From the IMG/VR virus record IMGVR_UViG_3300025530_000016, positions 1-53,451 of that record: DNA of 53,451 bases; one strand, 5' to 3'. The DNA comes from a virus. Its lineage: Duplodnaviria; Caudoviricetes. The position numbers and the translations under genes are program-made. Positions 8,386-16,897 of this stretch are shown one piece after another. How positions within the stretch are numbered: position 1 is the first letter of the stretch; each line of letters starts with the position of its first letter. A model generated the notes under the pieces. The model worked only from the letters and a program-made list of their open reading frames with translations. It did not search any database and was not told the DNA's origin.

Positions 8386-8926
8386 CATCGCGCTAACAGG
8401 AAAATTCCGGAGCGGAAAGGATGTTGTCGCTCGATATTTATTTGAAAAATACGGATACGCTCGCTTTGCTTTTGGTGACGAACTGAAAGAAGATTTTCAT
8501 AAACGTTATCCAGAAATTCCGCGCATCCCGAAACCGCGTATTGGGTATCAAATGCACGGGCAAATGATGCGCCGACTGCTTGGAGAGAATATCTGGGTAG
8601 ACAAGTGTTTTAATTCAATCAAATCGTATCTTTCTAGAAGTGATGAGCGTCATGGTATTCTGTCAATCGTCATAACCGATCTCCGACAGCCGAACGAGTA
8701 TGAAAGATGCAGAGAAGCAGGTTTTGTGATCGTTCGCGTCAATTGTCCGGATGAGTTGCGAATTAAAAGGGCGCGGGCTTCGGGCGATAATTTTGCCGAA
8801 GAAGATATGGAACATGAAACGGAACGTTACATTGACACATACGATGTTGATTTTGAGATTGACAACAGCAGAACGTTGGATGAAACGTACAGACAAGTTG
8901 ACAGGATAATGAAGATGATTATGTGA
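8363..8926 (+). CDS. Deoxynucleoside monophosphate kinase
   Basis: P-loop GKFRSGKD, FAFGDELK, VITDLRQPNE, HETE. Confidence 0.85.
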   Translation: MMWLYDVNIALTGKFRSGKDVVARYLFEKYGYARFAFGDELKEDFHKRYPEIPRIPKPRIGYQMHGQMMRRLLGENIWVDKCFNSIKSYLSRSDERHGILSIVITDLRQPNEYERCREAGFVIVRVNCPDELRIKRARASGDNFAEEDMEHETERYIDTYDVDFEIDNSRTLDETYRQVDRIMKMIM

Positions 8927-8964
8927 CATGTGATTCCTATATCCCATAGAAAGGCGGTGAGAAT

Positions 8965-10311
8965 TTGGGACTGCGTTCATGGTTTATAAATTGGCTTGAA
9001 GCTGGACGGACAAAAAAAGACCCGGATCGTCAGACGGAAGTCTATCCGTTTCCGTATTATTGGTTTGGTGGTCGGACGAATCAGCCGGTCATGAAGCGAA
9101 CTCCGGCCAATCTACGCTTGCTTAGTGAATCGCCGATTCCAAGACGGGCGATCAACGTCATAAAGGACGGGGTATCGCGTCTGGAATGGTCCGTTACGGC
9201 GATTGACGAAAACGAGCAAGAAAAATATGCGGAAATATGCAAATTGATCACTCGAACGTTGCGGAAGCCGAATCAAACCGATTCCTTCCGGTTATGGGTG
9301 GAACAGATCGTTGAGGATATGCTTGTAACCAGCGCAGGAGCAAGCGAGATTGTGAGAGCGGGGGACAAACAGCGTCCGCTTCGATTATTCCCGGTTGATG
9401 CCTTTTCGATCGAATTGTATCCAGACTGGGATGGAAAACGCGATTCATACCGATATGCCCAACGGTTGCCTAATGGGAAATACGTAGACTTGACAGACGA
9501 CGAATTGATGTATATTCGAATGAATCCGCGAACAAATACACCTTTCGGGCTTTCGCCGCTTGAAACGGTGTGGGAAAGCGTCAATAACTTTATTTCTGCA
9601 CACAAATCCGCGGGAAAACAGGCTGGAAATACATTTTTCCGCAAAATTCTTAATTTAGGTAAGGGTGCGGACAAAGATGCAATAGCCGCCTTTCGTGCAT
9701 ACTGGGAAAACGAAGTCCGTGGGCGCGGTGTAATGCCGATTATAGGCAGCGAGAATCCTTCTGTATTGGATTTAGGCGCAACTGATGATAAGTCGCTATT
9801 TATCGAGTGGCAAAGATTCCTCATCGAGATTGTGGCTATTGCATTCGGTGTTTCACCAAAAAAACTGGGGCAGACAAAAGATGTAAACCGAAGCACGGCA
9901 GAAAGTGAGGATGAAGATACAAATGCAACCATCCAATCTGTAGCAGACACTATTGCGGAGCATATCAACGACAAGATTATTGATGACTTTTTTGGGTTGG
10001 GCGACGCCATCCAGTTTAAATTCCATTACGCCCAATCGTTGAAGGACCAGAAGATCAAAGCCGAGATTGACGCTATTTACCTTGATCGTCGAGTTATTAC
10101 ACCAGATGAAGTAAGGGCAGACAGTCTGGCAAAACAACCGTTGCCGAATGGTCATGGTGAGGTTGTGTTGCTGCCGTCGAATGTAAAATCCATGGATATA
10201 AACAAATCGCTAGAAGACGGTTCAATGCTAGAAGCCGAAGGTAAAACAGGAAAAGACGAACCAGAACAAATAGAACCGAATGAAAATGGTGATGACGCTG
10301 GCGATGAGTAG
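8965..10311 (+). CDS. Portal protein
   Basis: FGLSPLE, IAIAFGVSPKKLG, ITPDEVRA portal motifs; TTG start with RBS. Confidence 0.9.
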   Translation: MGLRSWFINWLEAGRTKKDPDRQTEVYPFPYYWFGGRTNQPVMKRTPANLRLLSESPIPRRAINVIKDGVSRLEWSVTAIDENEQEKYAEICKLITRTLRKPNQTDSFRLWVEQIVEDMLVTSAGASEIVRAGDKQRPLRLFPVDAFSIELYPDWDGKRDSYRYAQRLPNGKYVDLTDDELMYIRMNPRTNTPFGLSPLETVWESVNNFISAHKSAGKQAGNTFFRKILNLGKGADKDAIAAFRAYWENEVRGRGVMPIIGSENPSVLDLGATDDKSLFIEWQRFLIEIVAIAFGVSPKKLGQTKDVNRSTAESEDEDTNATIQSVADTIAEHINDKIIDDFFGLGDAIQFKFHYAQSLKDQKIKAEIDAIYLDRRVITPDEVRADSLAKQPLPNGHGEVVLLPSNVKSMDINKSLEDGSMLEAEGKTGKDEPEQIEPNENGDDAGDE

Positions 10312-10348
10312 GTGTTTTTTATTTTGCTTTGGAAGGTGGTGAGAAACC

Positions 10349-10552
10349 TTGAATCCGGTCATTGAAAACAATTTCAAGTATCATGCGCCGAAAGAAGGGC
10401 AACCAGAAAAGTATGAAGCGATCCGTGAGAAGGCGAAGGAACTAGCTTATTTGTTTGACGCCGAATGTCCAAACAGCCGTGAAAAGTCGCTTGCATTTAC
10501 CAAACTTGAAGAGGCTGTCATGTGGGCGAATGCATCCATCGCAAGAAATTGA
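10349..10552 (+). CDS. Acb2/Tad1-like cyclic-nucleotide sponge (anti-CBASS candidate)
   Basis: NNFKYHAP...PNSREKSLAFTKLEEAVMWANASIARN helical-hairpin signature. Confidence 0.75.
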   Translation: MNPVIENNFKYHAPKEGQPEKYEAIREKAKELAYLFDAECPNSREKSLAFTKLEEAVMWANASIARN

Positions 10553-10583
10553 AAAAAGAAAGATGTCGTAAGGGGGTGAACCC

Positions 10584-11630
10584 ATGAAACATGTCTTAAA
10601 GATGAGCAAAAACCTGAAGCCGCGCCAGTTTCAGTTGATGGACGTTGCGAATGGACATCCAAACAAGATCCCTTTCAAATGCGCCTTGTTCGAGGTAGAT
10701 AAGCCTTCGGACGGTTCGCCGGAAGGGGCAAACGGAAAATGTATCCGCATTTCGTCCGACGTGTGCGATCAATATATTGATACATTCGTCGGCATGGCTT
10801 TCAACATCGACTACCACAATGAAATGCGCGGGCATGATACTAGATTCAAAGTTGGTGTGATCGAAAAGGCGTATCGGACGATGGACGGCTTCGCAATGGT
10901 CGAAGGTTATCTTTACGGCAAAGACTTTCCTGATGTTGTGGCGACGATTCGTTATTACAATGGATTGGCTGACGAATACGGTTGGGAAGAATACCGTTTT
11001 GGTGCTTCCCTTGAAATGGAAGCATCCGTAAAGAATGCCGAAGATGATGAAAATGTGCTTGATGTCATTGAGTTTTGCGGAACGGGTGGCGCGATTCTCT
11101 TTGCAGAAAGTGCCGCGTTCAAAAATACAAGCTTTGCTGCTCGAAATTCCAAAAAAGATCGGGAGGTGTCCGAAGTGGACGCAAAAGAATTGAAGGAAAT
11201 GCTGGATAGCCTGAAAACGGAACTGTCGGCAAGTGTAGAAAAAGTGGTCGGCGAAGTCAAAACGGAAGTCGGGGCGATCAAGAGTGAATTGGATGCACTG
11301 AAAGCCGCTAATCAGAAGAAAAAAGAAGAAGAGCAAAAAGCTTCGGCTGATGCTGAACTGAAAGCAGCCAAAGAAGAAGCTGAAAAACTGAAAAAGGAAA
11401 TCGAAGAGTTGAAGGCCGCCGCAAAGATTCCGGAGAAAGAGCCGGAACGAAAGACGGCGAGTGCAGCACAACTGCTGGCGAAGTACGGACAGACAGTTGA
11501 TGAAGATGTTGAGTCCGATCACAAAGCATTTTGCGCAGCGGTTGACCGACTGAATCTGTCGGCTTCTGAATCGCTTGCGTTGAAGATCAAACACAAAGAA
11601 ATCATGGCGAAACAAACTGATAAGCAGTAA
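10584..11630 (+). CDS. Prohead protease-like domain fused to coiled-coil scaffold
   Basis: Position between portal and capsid; H...GASLE protease-like region; K/E/A-rich coiled-coil C-terminus. Confidence 0.75.
   Translation: MKHVLKMSKNLKPRQFQLMDVANGHPNKIPFKCALFEVDKPSDGSPEGANGKCIRISSDVCDQYIDTFVGMAFNIDYHNEMRGHDTRFKVGVIEKAYRTMDGFAMVEGYLYGKDFPDVVATIRYYNGLADEYGWEEYRFGASLEMEASVKNAEDDENVLDVIEFCGTGGAILFAESAAFKNTSFAARNSKKDREVSEVDAKELKEMLDSLKTELSASVEKVVGEVKTEVGAIKSELDALKAANQKKKEEEQKASADAELKAAKEEAEKLKKEIEELKAAAKIPEKEPERKTASAAQLLAKYGQTVDEDVESDHKAFCAAVDRLNLSASESLALKIKHKEIMAKQTDKQ
11175..11630 (+). CDS. Nested in-frame scaffold protein
   Basis: Strong RBS GGGAGGTG (11161-11168) before in-frame GTG at 11175, exactly where the coiled coil begins. 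Confidence 0.6.
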   Translation: MDAKELKEMLDSLKTELSASVEKVVGEVKTEVGAIKSELDALKAANQKKKEEEQKASADAELKAAKEEAEKLKKEIEELKAAAKIPEKEPERKTASAAQLLAKYGQTVDEDVESDHKAFCAAVDRLNLSASESLALKIKHKEIMAKQTDKQ

Positions 11631-11658
11631 TCCGAATTTCGGATTGCTGTTTTTTATT
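11624..11658 (+). terminator. Intrinsic terminator-like hairpin before capsid gene
   Basis: GCAGTAATCCGA-ATT-TCGGATTGCTGT-TTTTTATT. Confidence 0.7.
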
Positions 11659-11682
11659 ACTAAAAAAGGATGGTGTTAATCA

Positions 11683-12681
11683 ATGGCACAAGTAACTGAA
11701 ACGCAGTTTGTCGAACTGTCCGCGGCTGCTCAAATTGTTGCGCCGGGTGCGATTATTGTTGACGAGTATCAAAAAGAGATCACGGATGCATTCCGTCGCA
11801 ATTCAGTTCTGGATTCGCGAATTAACTACGTACCGGCGACGGGTGACTTTTCGTCCTATTTCGAACAAACAGAACTCAAGGAAGGGGCGTTTGTTGATCC
11901 GAGAAGTCCGTCTGCTACGGCGCAAGCCAACAACCGCGTTGCTCGCACGGTCAAAATCAAGGCGCTGACCAATCAGGTCAACTACGGTCACTATGACTTG
12001 CAACTCGCTGCACAACAAAACAATTGGCCGGAGTTGCAAGCGAAAGACCTGAACGACATGATCAACGGTATTTCGCTGGCACACGGCAAGGCGCTGTGGC
12101 GCGGAAATGACACGTCTCTGTCTTCTCCGACAACGTTGCAATATGTCGGGCTTGCAAAGCAAATTACGAATACCTTTACGGTTGGCGAATCGGCATCCAT
12201 CGTTGCCGCCATCCGAGCGCAAGTTGCCGCAATGGTTGCCAGCGAAAAATACGAACTGCGTCCGACGGCAATTTATATCGATCCGATTGCTCATTACTAC
12301 ATGGAAGAAGAAGTCCGGCAAGCGGTTGAAGCCGGAACCATGACGAATCCTTTCGACAAAACGGTTGTCGCTGGTATCGAGGTAGCAACGATTTTGACTT
12401 CCGCAGGACGTCTGCCGATCATTCCGGAACCGTTCATTGAATCGAAGGTCAATGATACGGACCCGGACAAAACGGATTACGGAATCGCCATTGTGACGGA
12501 GCCGATGATAGAATATCACTATGTTGGGCAGCGCGGCGCGTTCCTGTTTGAACTCGGAACCACTTCCGATCTTCAGCGGAAGTTTGTTGCGATCAAATAC
12601 GGTGCTCCGGTTGCAAAAGGGCCGTCCTATGCACATGCATACGGATATATCACGCGCCCGACGATTGCGAAGATTGGCTAA
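11683..12681 (+). CDS. Major capsid protein
   Basis: 332 aa, follows scaffold; HK97-like pattern (ALWRGND...QYVGL). Confidence 0.85.
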   Translation: MAQVTETQFVELSAAAQIVAPGAIIVDEYQKEITDAFRRNSVLDSRINYVPATGDFSSYFEQTELKEGAFVDPRSPSATAQANNRVARTVKIKALTNQVNYGHYDLQLAAQQNNWPELQAKDLNDMINGISLAHGKALWRGNDTSLSSPTTLQYVGLAKQITNTFTVGESASIVAAIRAQVAAMVASEKYELRPTAIYIDPIAHYYMEEEVRQAVEAGTMTNPFDKTVVAGIEVATILTSAGRLPIIPEPFIESKVNDTDPDKTDYGIAIVTEPMIEYHYVGQRGAFLFELGTTSDLQRKFVAIKYGAPVAKGPSYAHAYGYITRPTIAKIG

Positions 12682-12685
12682 GAAA

Positions 12686-12716
12686 AGGCGGTCGTTTGAC
12701 CGCCTGATCTTTTTAT
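12686..12716 (+). terminator. Terminator-like hairpin after capsid gene
   Basis: AGGCGGTC-GTTT-GACCGCCT then GATCTTTTTAT. Confidence 0.6.
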
Positions 12717-12729
12717 AAGGGGTGTTCGC

Positions 12730-12954
12730 ATGGCTCGGAGGAAAGTTGAAACTCCCGAATTGGATGTTCAGCCGTCTTTGCCAGACGGGTCCGCTAAGGT
12801 TGAATTGAAAGGTGTTGTTCTGAAGGGTTGGGGCAATCGTGAGGGGCGGCACACCATTTATGTGAATGGCAAAGTGTTTACTTTCGTAAATGGAAAGGCC
12901 AAACTTCCTGAACGTCTTGCCAACGAACTGAAAGATGCGGGGTATGTCGAATGA
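12730..12954 (+). CDS. Small head-associated hypothetical protein
   Basis: RBS, position, overlap with next gene. Confidence 0.7.
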   Translation: MARRKVETPELDVQPSLPDGSAKVELKGVVLKGWGNREGRHTIYVNGKVFTFVNGKAKLPERLANELKDAGYVE

Positions 12955-13517
12955 GCGCCTATCTGACGGTTGATGAAACGGATTATGTCCCTCAAGGCAT
13001 AACGTTGACCAATTCGCTCATTATCCGTGCATCGTCGATCATCGATGCGTATTGCAAACGGGAAATCGGTGTCAAATCGTACACCGAACGAATTCCACTG
13101 ACGGAACAGGGGAAGGGACATCTATCCTTCTATCCCGTTATCGCAGTAACGGAAGTGAAAGCCCGCCCGAAGTTTGGATGGACAGGCGATCTCTTTTTTG
13201 GTCCTCCGTCGTTCGAGACAATCGACGTTAATGCGCTGGACGTAGACAAGTGGATTGGATTTGTAACGCTCGGAATTTCGCCGTATGGTGCGCCGTATGT
13301 CGAACTGGAAGTAACCTATACCAGCGGTTGGGAACCGATCCCGGACAAAGTGAAAGTCGCCTGCGGCTTGATTATTGCAAAGTTGGCGAACAACGTCAAT
13401 CAGAACGTCAAGGCGAAGAGGGACTTCGATTTCTCCATTGAATACTTCAGCCCGAAGATCGTCACGGATGAGATTGACGAACTGCTCTCGGAATACGTTC
13501 ATCGTCCGATGAGGTGA
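12951..13517 (+). CDS. Head-tail adaptor
   Basis: RASSIIDAYCKR...VTYTSGWEPIPDKVKVAC adaptor pattern. Confidence 0.8.
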   Translation: MSAYLTVDETDYVPQGITLTNSLIIRASSIIDAYCKREIGVKSYTERIPLTEQGKGHLSFYPVIAVTEVKARPKFGWTGDLFFGPPSFETIDVNALDVDKWIGFVTLGISPYGAPYVELEVTYTSGWEPIPDKVKVACGLIIAKLANNVNQNVKAKRDFDFSIEYFSPKIVTDEIDELLSEYVHRPMR

Positions 13518-13523
13518 GTGATC

Positions 13524-14093
13524 ATGTTCTATGATTTTTCTCACCGTCACACGGATTGTCTCGTTGATGGGGTGCCGGAAAAGGTAATCCTGTCAAGGGA
13601 TAGTCGATCATCTACAGTGTTTCGGCAGGAGTACCTTTATAACGGTGTTTTCTCGCCTGTTTCAGCCGTAAAAACGGGTTCACTTGTGACCAATGGAGAA
13701 TCGTTCCTTGTTCAGTCCATGAGACGAACAGCAGAACACGACTGCTATTGCCTCATGATCAAAACGAACACAACGGTTGATATTCAGCGCTGGTCACAAG
13801 AGTTGGACGAAAACGACAATCCGATTGGCGAACCATCATTCCAAACCGTTCAGTCTGATGTCGTTGTCTACGCTCAATATATCAACGCTCGATTGCGTCA
13901 AGAGGATGTCGGATTGCTCCCGACAACGGTTTATGTCCTGCTCATGCAATCCAACGTCAATATCAAGCGTCCTACCGAACTGGACTCGCCGGATCGGGTA
14001 ATCCTGAACGGTCGGAAATATCAGGTTGACGCCATTGATGACTTTCGTTATCCAAATCTTTTCTATGTCCAACTTTCGGAGGATAGAAGATGA
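13524..14093 (+). CDS. Head closure protein
   Basis: Position; DRVILNGRKYQVDAID motif. Confidence 0.65.
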   Translation: MFYDFSHRHTDCLVDGVPEKVILSRDSRSSTVFRQEYLYNGVFSPVSAVKTGSLVTNGESFLVQSMRRTAEHDCYCLMIKTNTTVDIQRWSQELDENDNPIGEPSFQTVQSDVVVYAQYINARLRQEDVGLLPTTVYVLLMQSNVNIKRPTELDSPDRVILNGRKYQVDAIDDFRYPNLFYVQLSEDRR

Positions 14094-14674
14094 GTGTTGA
14101 AATCCTGATTAAAGGGTATGACCATGAGCGGGCGGAAATGGACTTACGCAGAATCTTGATGCAGGAAGCCGAAGAGTTGGCTGAATTGGTCTTACGGACA
14201 GCAGAAAGCAATATACGATATTACCCGGATGTGCGGAACAGGCTCACCAAAGACATCTATGCACTCGGGCAGGATATGATCGTTGCGGATATCACGGCAG
14301 ACCATTGGCAGGCATGGCTTGAGCAATTCGGTAAAGGTTCGCTTATGGCTGGACCGAGCGAGAACCCTGGACTTGTGACGTACATGAATTCGGAATACTG
14401 GAACAGGTTGCGTTCTAAGTCAACGCGGGTTGTCGTCGGTCGTCCGCCGGGACGATACAAGAGCATTGACGGCGAAATCAAGGTTTCACGCGGTCGTTAT
14501 GCCGGAGTAAACCTTGAAGAACTGGCTGAACGCGGCGTGATTGATGCGAAGTTCAAGCCTACACCGCCAACGTTTTTTTTGCGGAAGGCGTTACAATCCA
14601 ACCGAAACCGAATCCTACAGGGTCTACAGCGCGTGATCGAAACATTTCCATACCATATGTATTTCCGGAGGTGA
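14090..14674 (+). CDS. Neck/tail completion protein (HK97 gp10-like)
   Basis: AWLEQFGKG and PPTFFLRKAL motifs; position. Confidence 0.6.
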   Translation: MSVEILIKGYDHERAEMDLRRILMQEAEELAELVLRTAESNIRYYPDVRNRLTKDIYALGQDMIVADITADHWQAWLEQFGKGSLMAGPSENPGLVTYMNSEYWNRLRSKSTRVVVGRPPGRYKSIDGEIKVSRGRYAGVNLEELAERGVIDAKFKPTPPTFFLRKALQSNRNRILQGLQRVIETFPYHMYFRR

Positions 14675-14679
14675 AAAAA

Positions 14680-15114
14680 ATGAGCTCTAAACTGCTTGAC
14701 GCCATATACAACACATTAAAACGCGATGAAACATACATGGCCATGCTCGGTCTTACTCCATCATCTCCGGGAACAGAGATCACGAAACGAATTATCCGAG
14801 GTATGGAACCAGATTCAGCCATATCCGGGTCGAATGTTCCGCTTGCGCTGATATACACAAAACCCGGTCGGTACGGACGGAATTACCTTGTTTACGAAGG
14901 GAAGTTCTGTATCGACCATTACGCGAAAAACTCCCATCAGGCTCGTCAATTGGCCGAAAGAGCATACGAACTGTTCCACAACAAGAGAATTGAAAGTGAC
15001 GTATTCAAAACCTTCACGGCGTATCTGGCCTATGACGGAGATTTTGCAACGGGCATTACAGGCGTAAAGGGTTTTGAATCCATCTATGATGTCGATTACG
15101 TCAGGGCAAATTGA
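14680..15114 (+). CDS. Tail terminator protein
   Basis: LLDAIYNTL...IDHYAKN...ARQLAERAYELF pattern; precedes tail tube. Confidence 0.65.
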   Translation: MSSKLLDAIYNTLKRDETYMAMLGLTPSSPGTEITKRIIRGMEPDSAISGSNVPLALIYTKPGRYGRNYLVYEGKFCIDHYAKNSHQARQLAERAYELFHNKRIESDVFKTFTAYLAYDGDFATGITGVKGFESIYDVDYVRAN

Positions 15115-15125
15115 GGTGATGCAAT

Positions 15126-15314
15126 TTGGCGGTGAAAATGCGAAAAGATGAAACTCCTGAAGTCAATGAAAAAGACAGTTTAATCAAAGAAAAGATCGAA
15201 CTGGCAAAAAGGATTGGGATATGGGAGACGTTCAATCCTGTTCCCGATTACGAGCAAACAAAGGAATACAAACGAATCAAAGAGATTGACAAGCGTTTGG
15301 CCGAACGCGGCTAA
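15126..15314 (+). CDS. Hypothetical protein
   Basis: RBS GAGGTG, TTG start. Confidence 0.65.
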   Translation: MAVKMRKDETPEVNEKDSLIKEKIELAKRIGIWETFNPVPDYEQTKEYKRIKEIDKRLAERG

Positions 15315-15347
15315 GCGACTTTTTTATTTTAAGGGAGGTTTTATTCA

Positions 15348-16130
15348 ATGGCACAACTTTCCACGAAACGCTGGGTAGTCGATGACATTTCCGACGCCGC
15401 GTTGTTCGATCCGGTGACGGGTGATCCCGTTGGAGTGTTTGAACGTCTCCAACAAATCAACATCCAAATTCCGCTGCCGCAAACTCGTGTATATGGCGGT
15501 ACGGGCAAGTACGCTTTCCATCTGACGGAAAACGATGTTGAAGCCTCTATCTCGCTTCAAAATGCAGTGTTGGACTTCAACCAACTCGTTGCGGCAACTG
15601 GTGCTGATCTTTCGACTGGCGCGACCGTTGTTCCGGCAATGGAAAAGCATACGGTTGACACGGCAGGCACGATCACGCTGAAACACGCGGCGGAGATGGT
15701 AGCTGAATCGGAAAAAATCATCGTTGCAACCAAAGGGCTGACGAATTCCGGTAAAATCCTTGAACGTGTGGCCGCTTCGCCGACGGCAGATCAATACACG
15801 ATTGAATCCGGTGTCGTAACGTTCGGCGACACGAACCTGAAAGGGAAGGATGTTCGCGTATTTTATGAGTACACGGCAACGCAAGCGGATGTTGCGTCGA
15901 TCAAGACGACAACGAAGAACAAGCCTTACAAGTTTGTGGCTTATGGCCGTGCTTTCGACGACGAACTGAATGAATACTTTGACGTGGCGATTGTCGTTTA
16001 CAAGGCACAAATGCTCGGTACGTTCGCCATTGACCAGCAACGGAAAACCGCAACGGCAAACACGCTGGAACTTGCTGTTCTCGATCCGGGTAGATCGGAT
16101 GAAAAAGTCATTGATATTTACGCTGTTTGA
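15348..16130 (+). CDS. Major tail (tube) protein
   Basis: 260 aa, strong RBS, before chaperones and tape measure; no sheath gene, so siphoviral. Confidence 0.8.
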   Translation: MAQLSTKRWVVDDISDAALFDPVTGDPVGVFERLQQINIQIPLPQTRVYGGTGKYAFHLTENDVEASISLQNAVLDFNQLVAATGADLSTGATVVPAMEKHTVDTAGTITLKHAAEMVAESEKIIVATKGLTNSGKILERVAASPTADQYTIESGVVTFGDTNLKGKDVRVFYEYTATQADVASIKTTTKNKPYKFVAYGRAFDDELNEYFDVAIVVYKAQMLGTFAIDQQRKTATANTLELAVLDPGRSDEKVIDIYAV

Positions 16131-16186
16131 AGATAGGGAGGGGATTCCCTCCCTTTCCAATTTGCTCAAGAAAGGGTGAACCATAA

Positions 16187-16498
16187 ATGGATGACGACAA
16201 GCAAATGGATCTGATTATGGGCATTGGCCCGGAACATTCTTTCGGACCGGAAATCAAGAAAAAACTTCGCGTTGGTACAATCAAACAGATTAAAGAAGTT
16301 GGAGAATTGTACCGTGACGGTCTATTGCGGGTAAAAGTCGCTGTCCAATTGGACGATGAGAAACGGCGCGAAGAACAAATTGACAAGTGGGTTGAAATCC
16401 TGAACATGGTGACCATCGAAGGGTTCACCAGGGAGGAGTTTGAAGACAGCATTCCGGAACAACTGGAATCCGCTGTCGAGCGATTTCTTTTCGGTTAG
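16187..16498 (+). CDS. Tail assembly chaperone (G-like)
   Basis: Between tail tube and tape measure. Confidence 0.75.
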   Translation: MDDDKQMDLIMGIGPEHSFGPEIKKKLRVGTIKQIKEVGELYRDGLLRVKVAVQLDDEKRREEQIDKWVEILNMVTIEGFTREEFEDSIPEQLESAVERFLFG

Positions 16499-16751
16499 TA
16501 AGGGGCCAGAAAAGAAGGACAAGAGCAAGGATGGCAAGCCTTTAACGCCTGCCGAAATCTATGGACGCCTGTCCAGAAGAAAACTGCAAAAAGAATGGTA
16601 TGATCACAACTATTATGAAATCGTGGCAATCCTTGATGATATGGCTGAAGAGTTGAAAGAACAAATCAAGCTTCATGGCGGAGAAGTCGAGGAACCGCAG
16701 AAATTGACGCGGAAAGGAATCGCAGAAATCATGGCGCACTTTAACGGATAG
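16485..16751 (+). CDS. Tail assembly chaperone extension (T-like), reached by putative +1 frameshift
   Basis: +1 frame ORF lacking its own RBS/start; TTT-CTT-T shift site at 16484-16490. Confidence 0.6.
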   Translation, partial: FFSVSKGPEKKDKSKDGKPLTPAEIYGRLSRRKLQKEWYDHNYYEIVAILDDMAEELKEQIKLHGGEVEEPQKLTRKGIAEIMAHFNG

Positions 16752-16784
16752 TTGTTAGAGTGCGTCTTTTTCTGTTTGACTACG

Positions 16785-16823
16785 AAAATACGTAGTAAAG
16801 CCGCAATTAATCGGTTTTATACT
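16785..16823 (+). promoter_or_regulatory. Putative late promoter P4
   Basis: AAAATACGTAGTAAA (16785-16799), 18 nt, TATACT (16818-16823). Confidence 0.75.
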
Positions 16824-16847
16824 GAAAATAGATGAATATCGGATGAC

Positions 16848-16876
16848 GGGAGACTCGCGGAGTCTCTTTTTTTATT
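16848..16876 (+). terminator. Terminator between P4 and tape measure gene
   Basis: GGGAGACTC-GCG-GAGTCTCT-TTTTTTATT. Confidence 0.7.
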
Positions 16877-16897
16877 GCATAAAAGGTGGTGAACCTG

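Noticed and set aside
10596-12852. Long minus-strand ORFs (339 aa, 349 aa) opposite scaffold and capsid
   Set aside because: Antisense shadows of codon-biased genes with no recognisable motifs; the same applies to 9273-10010, 15345-16184, 23290-24150, 35339-36589 and 52051-52917
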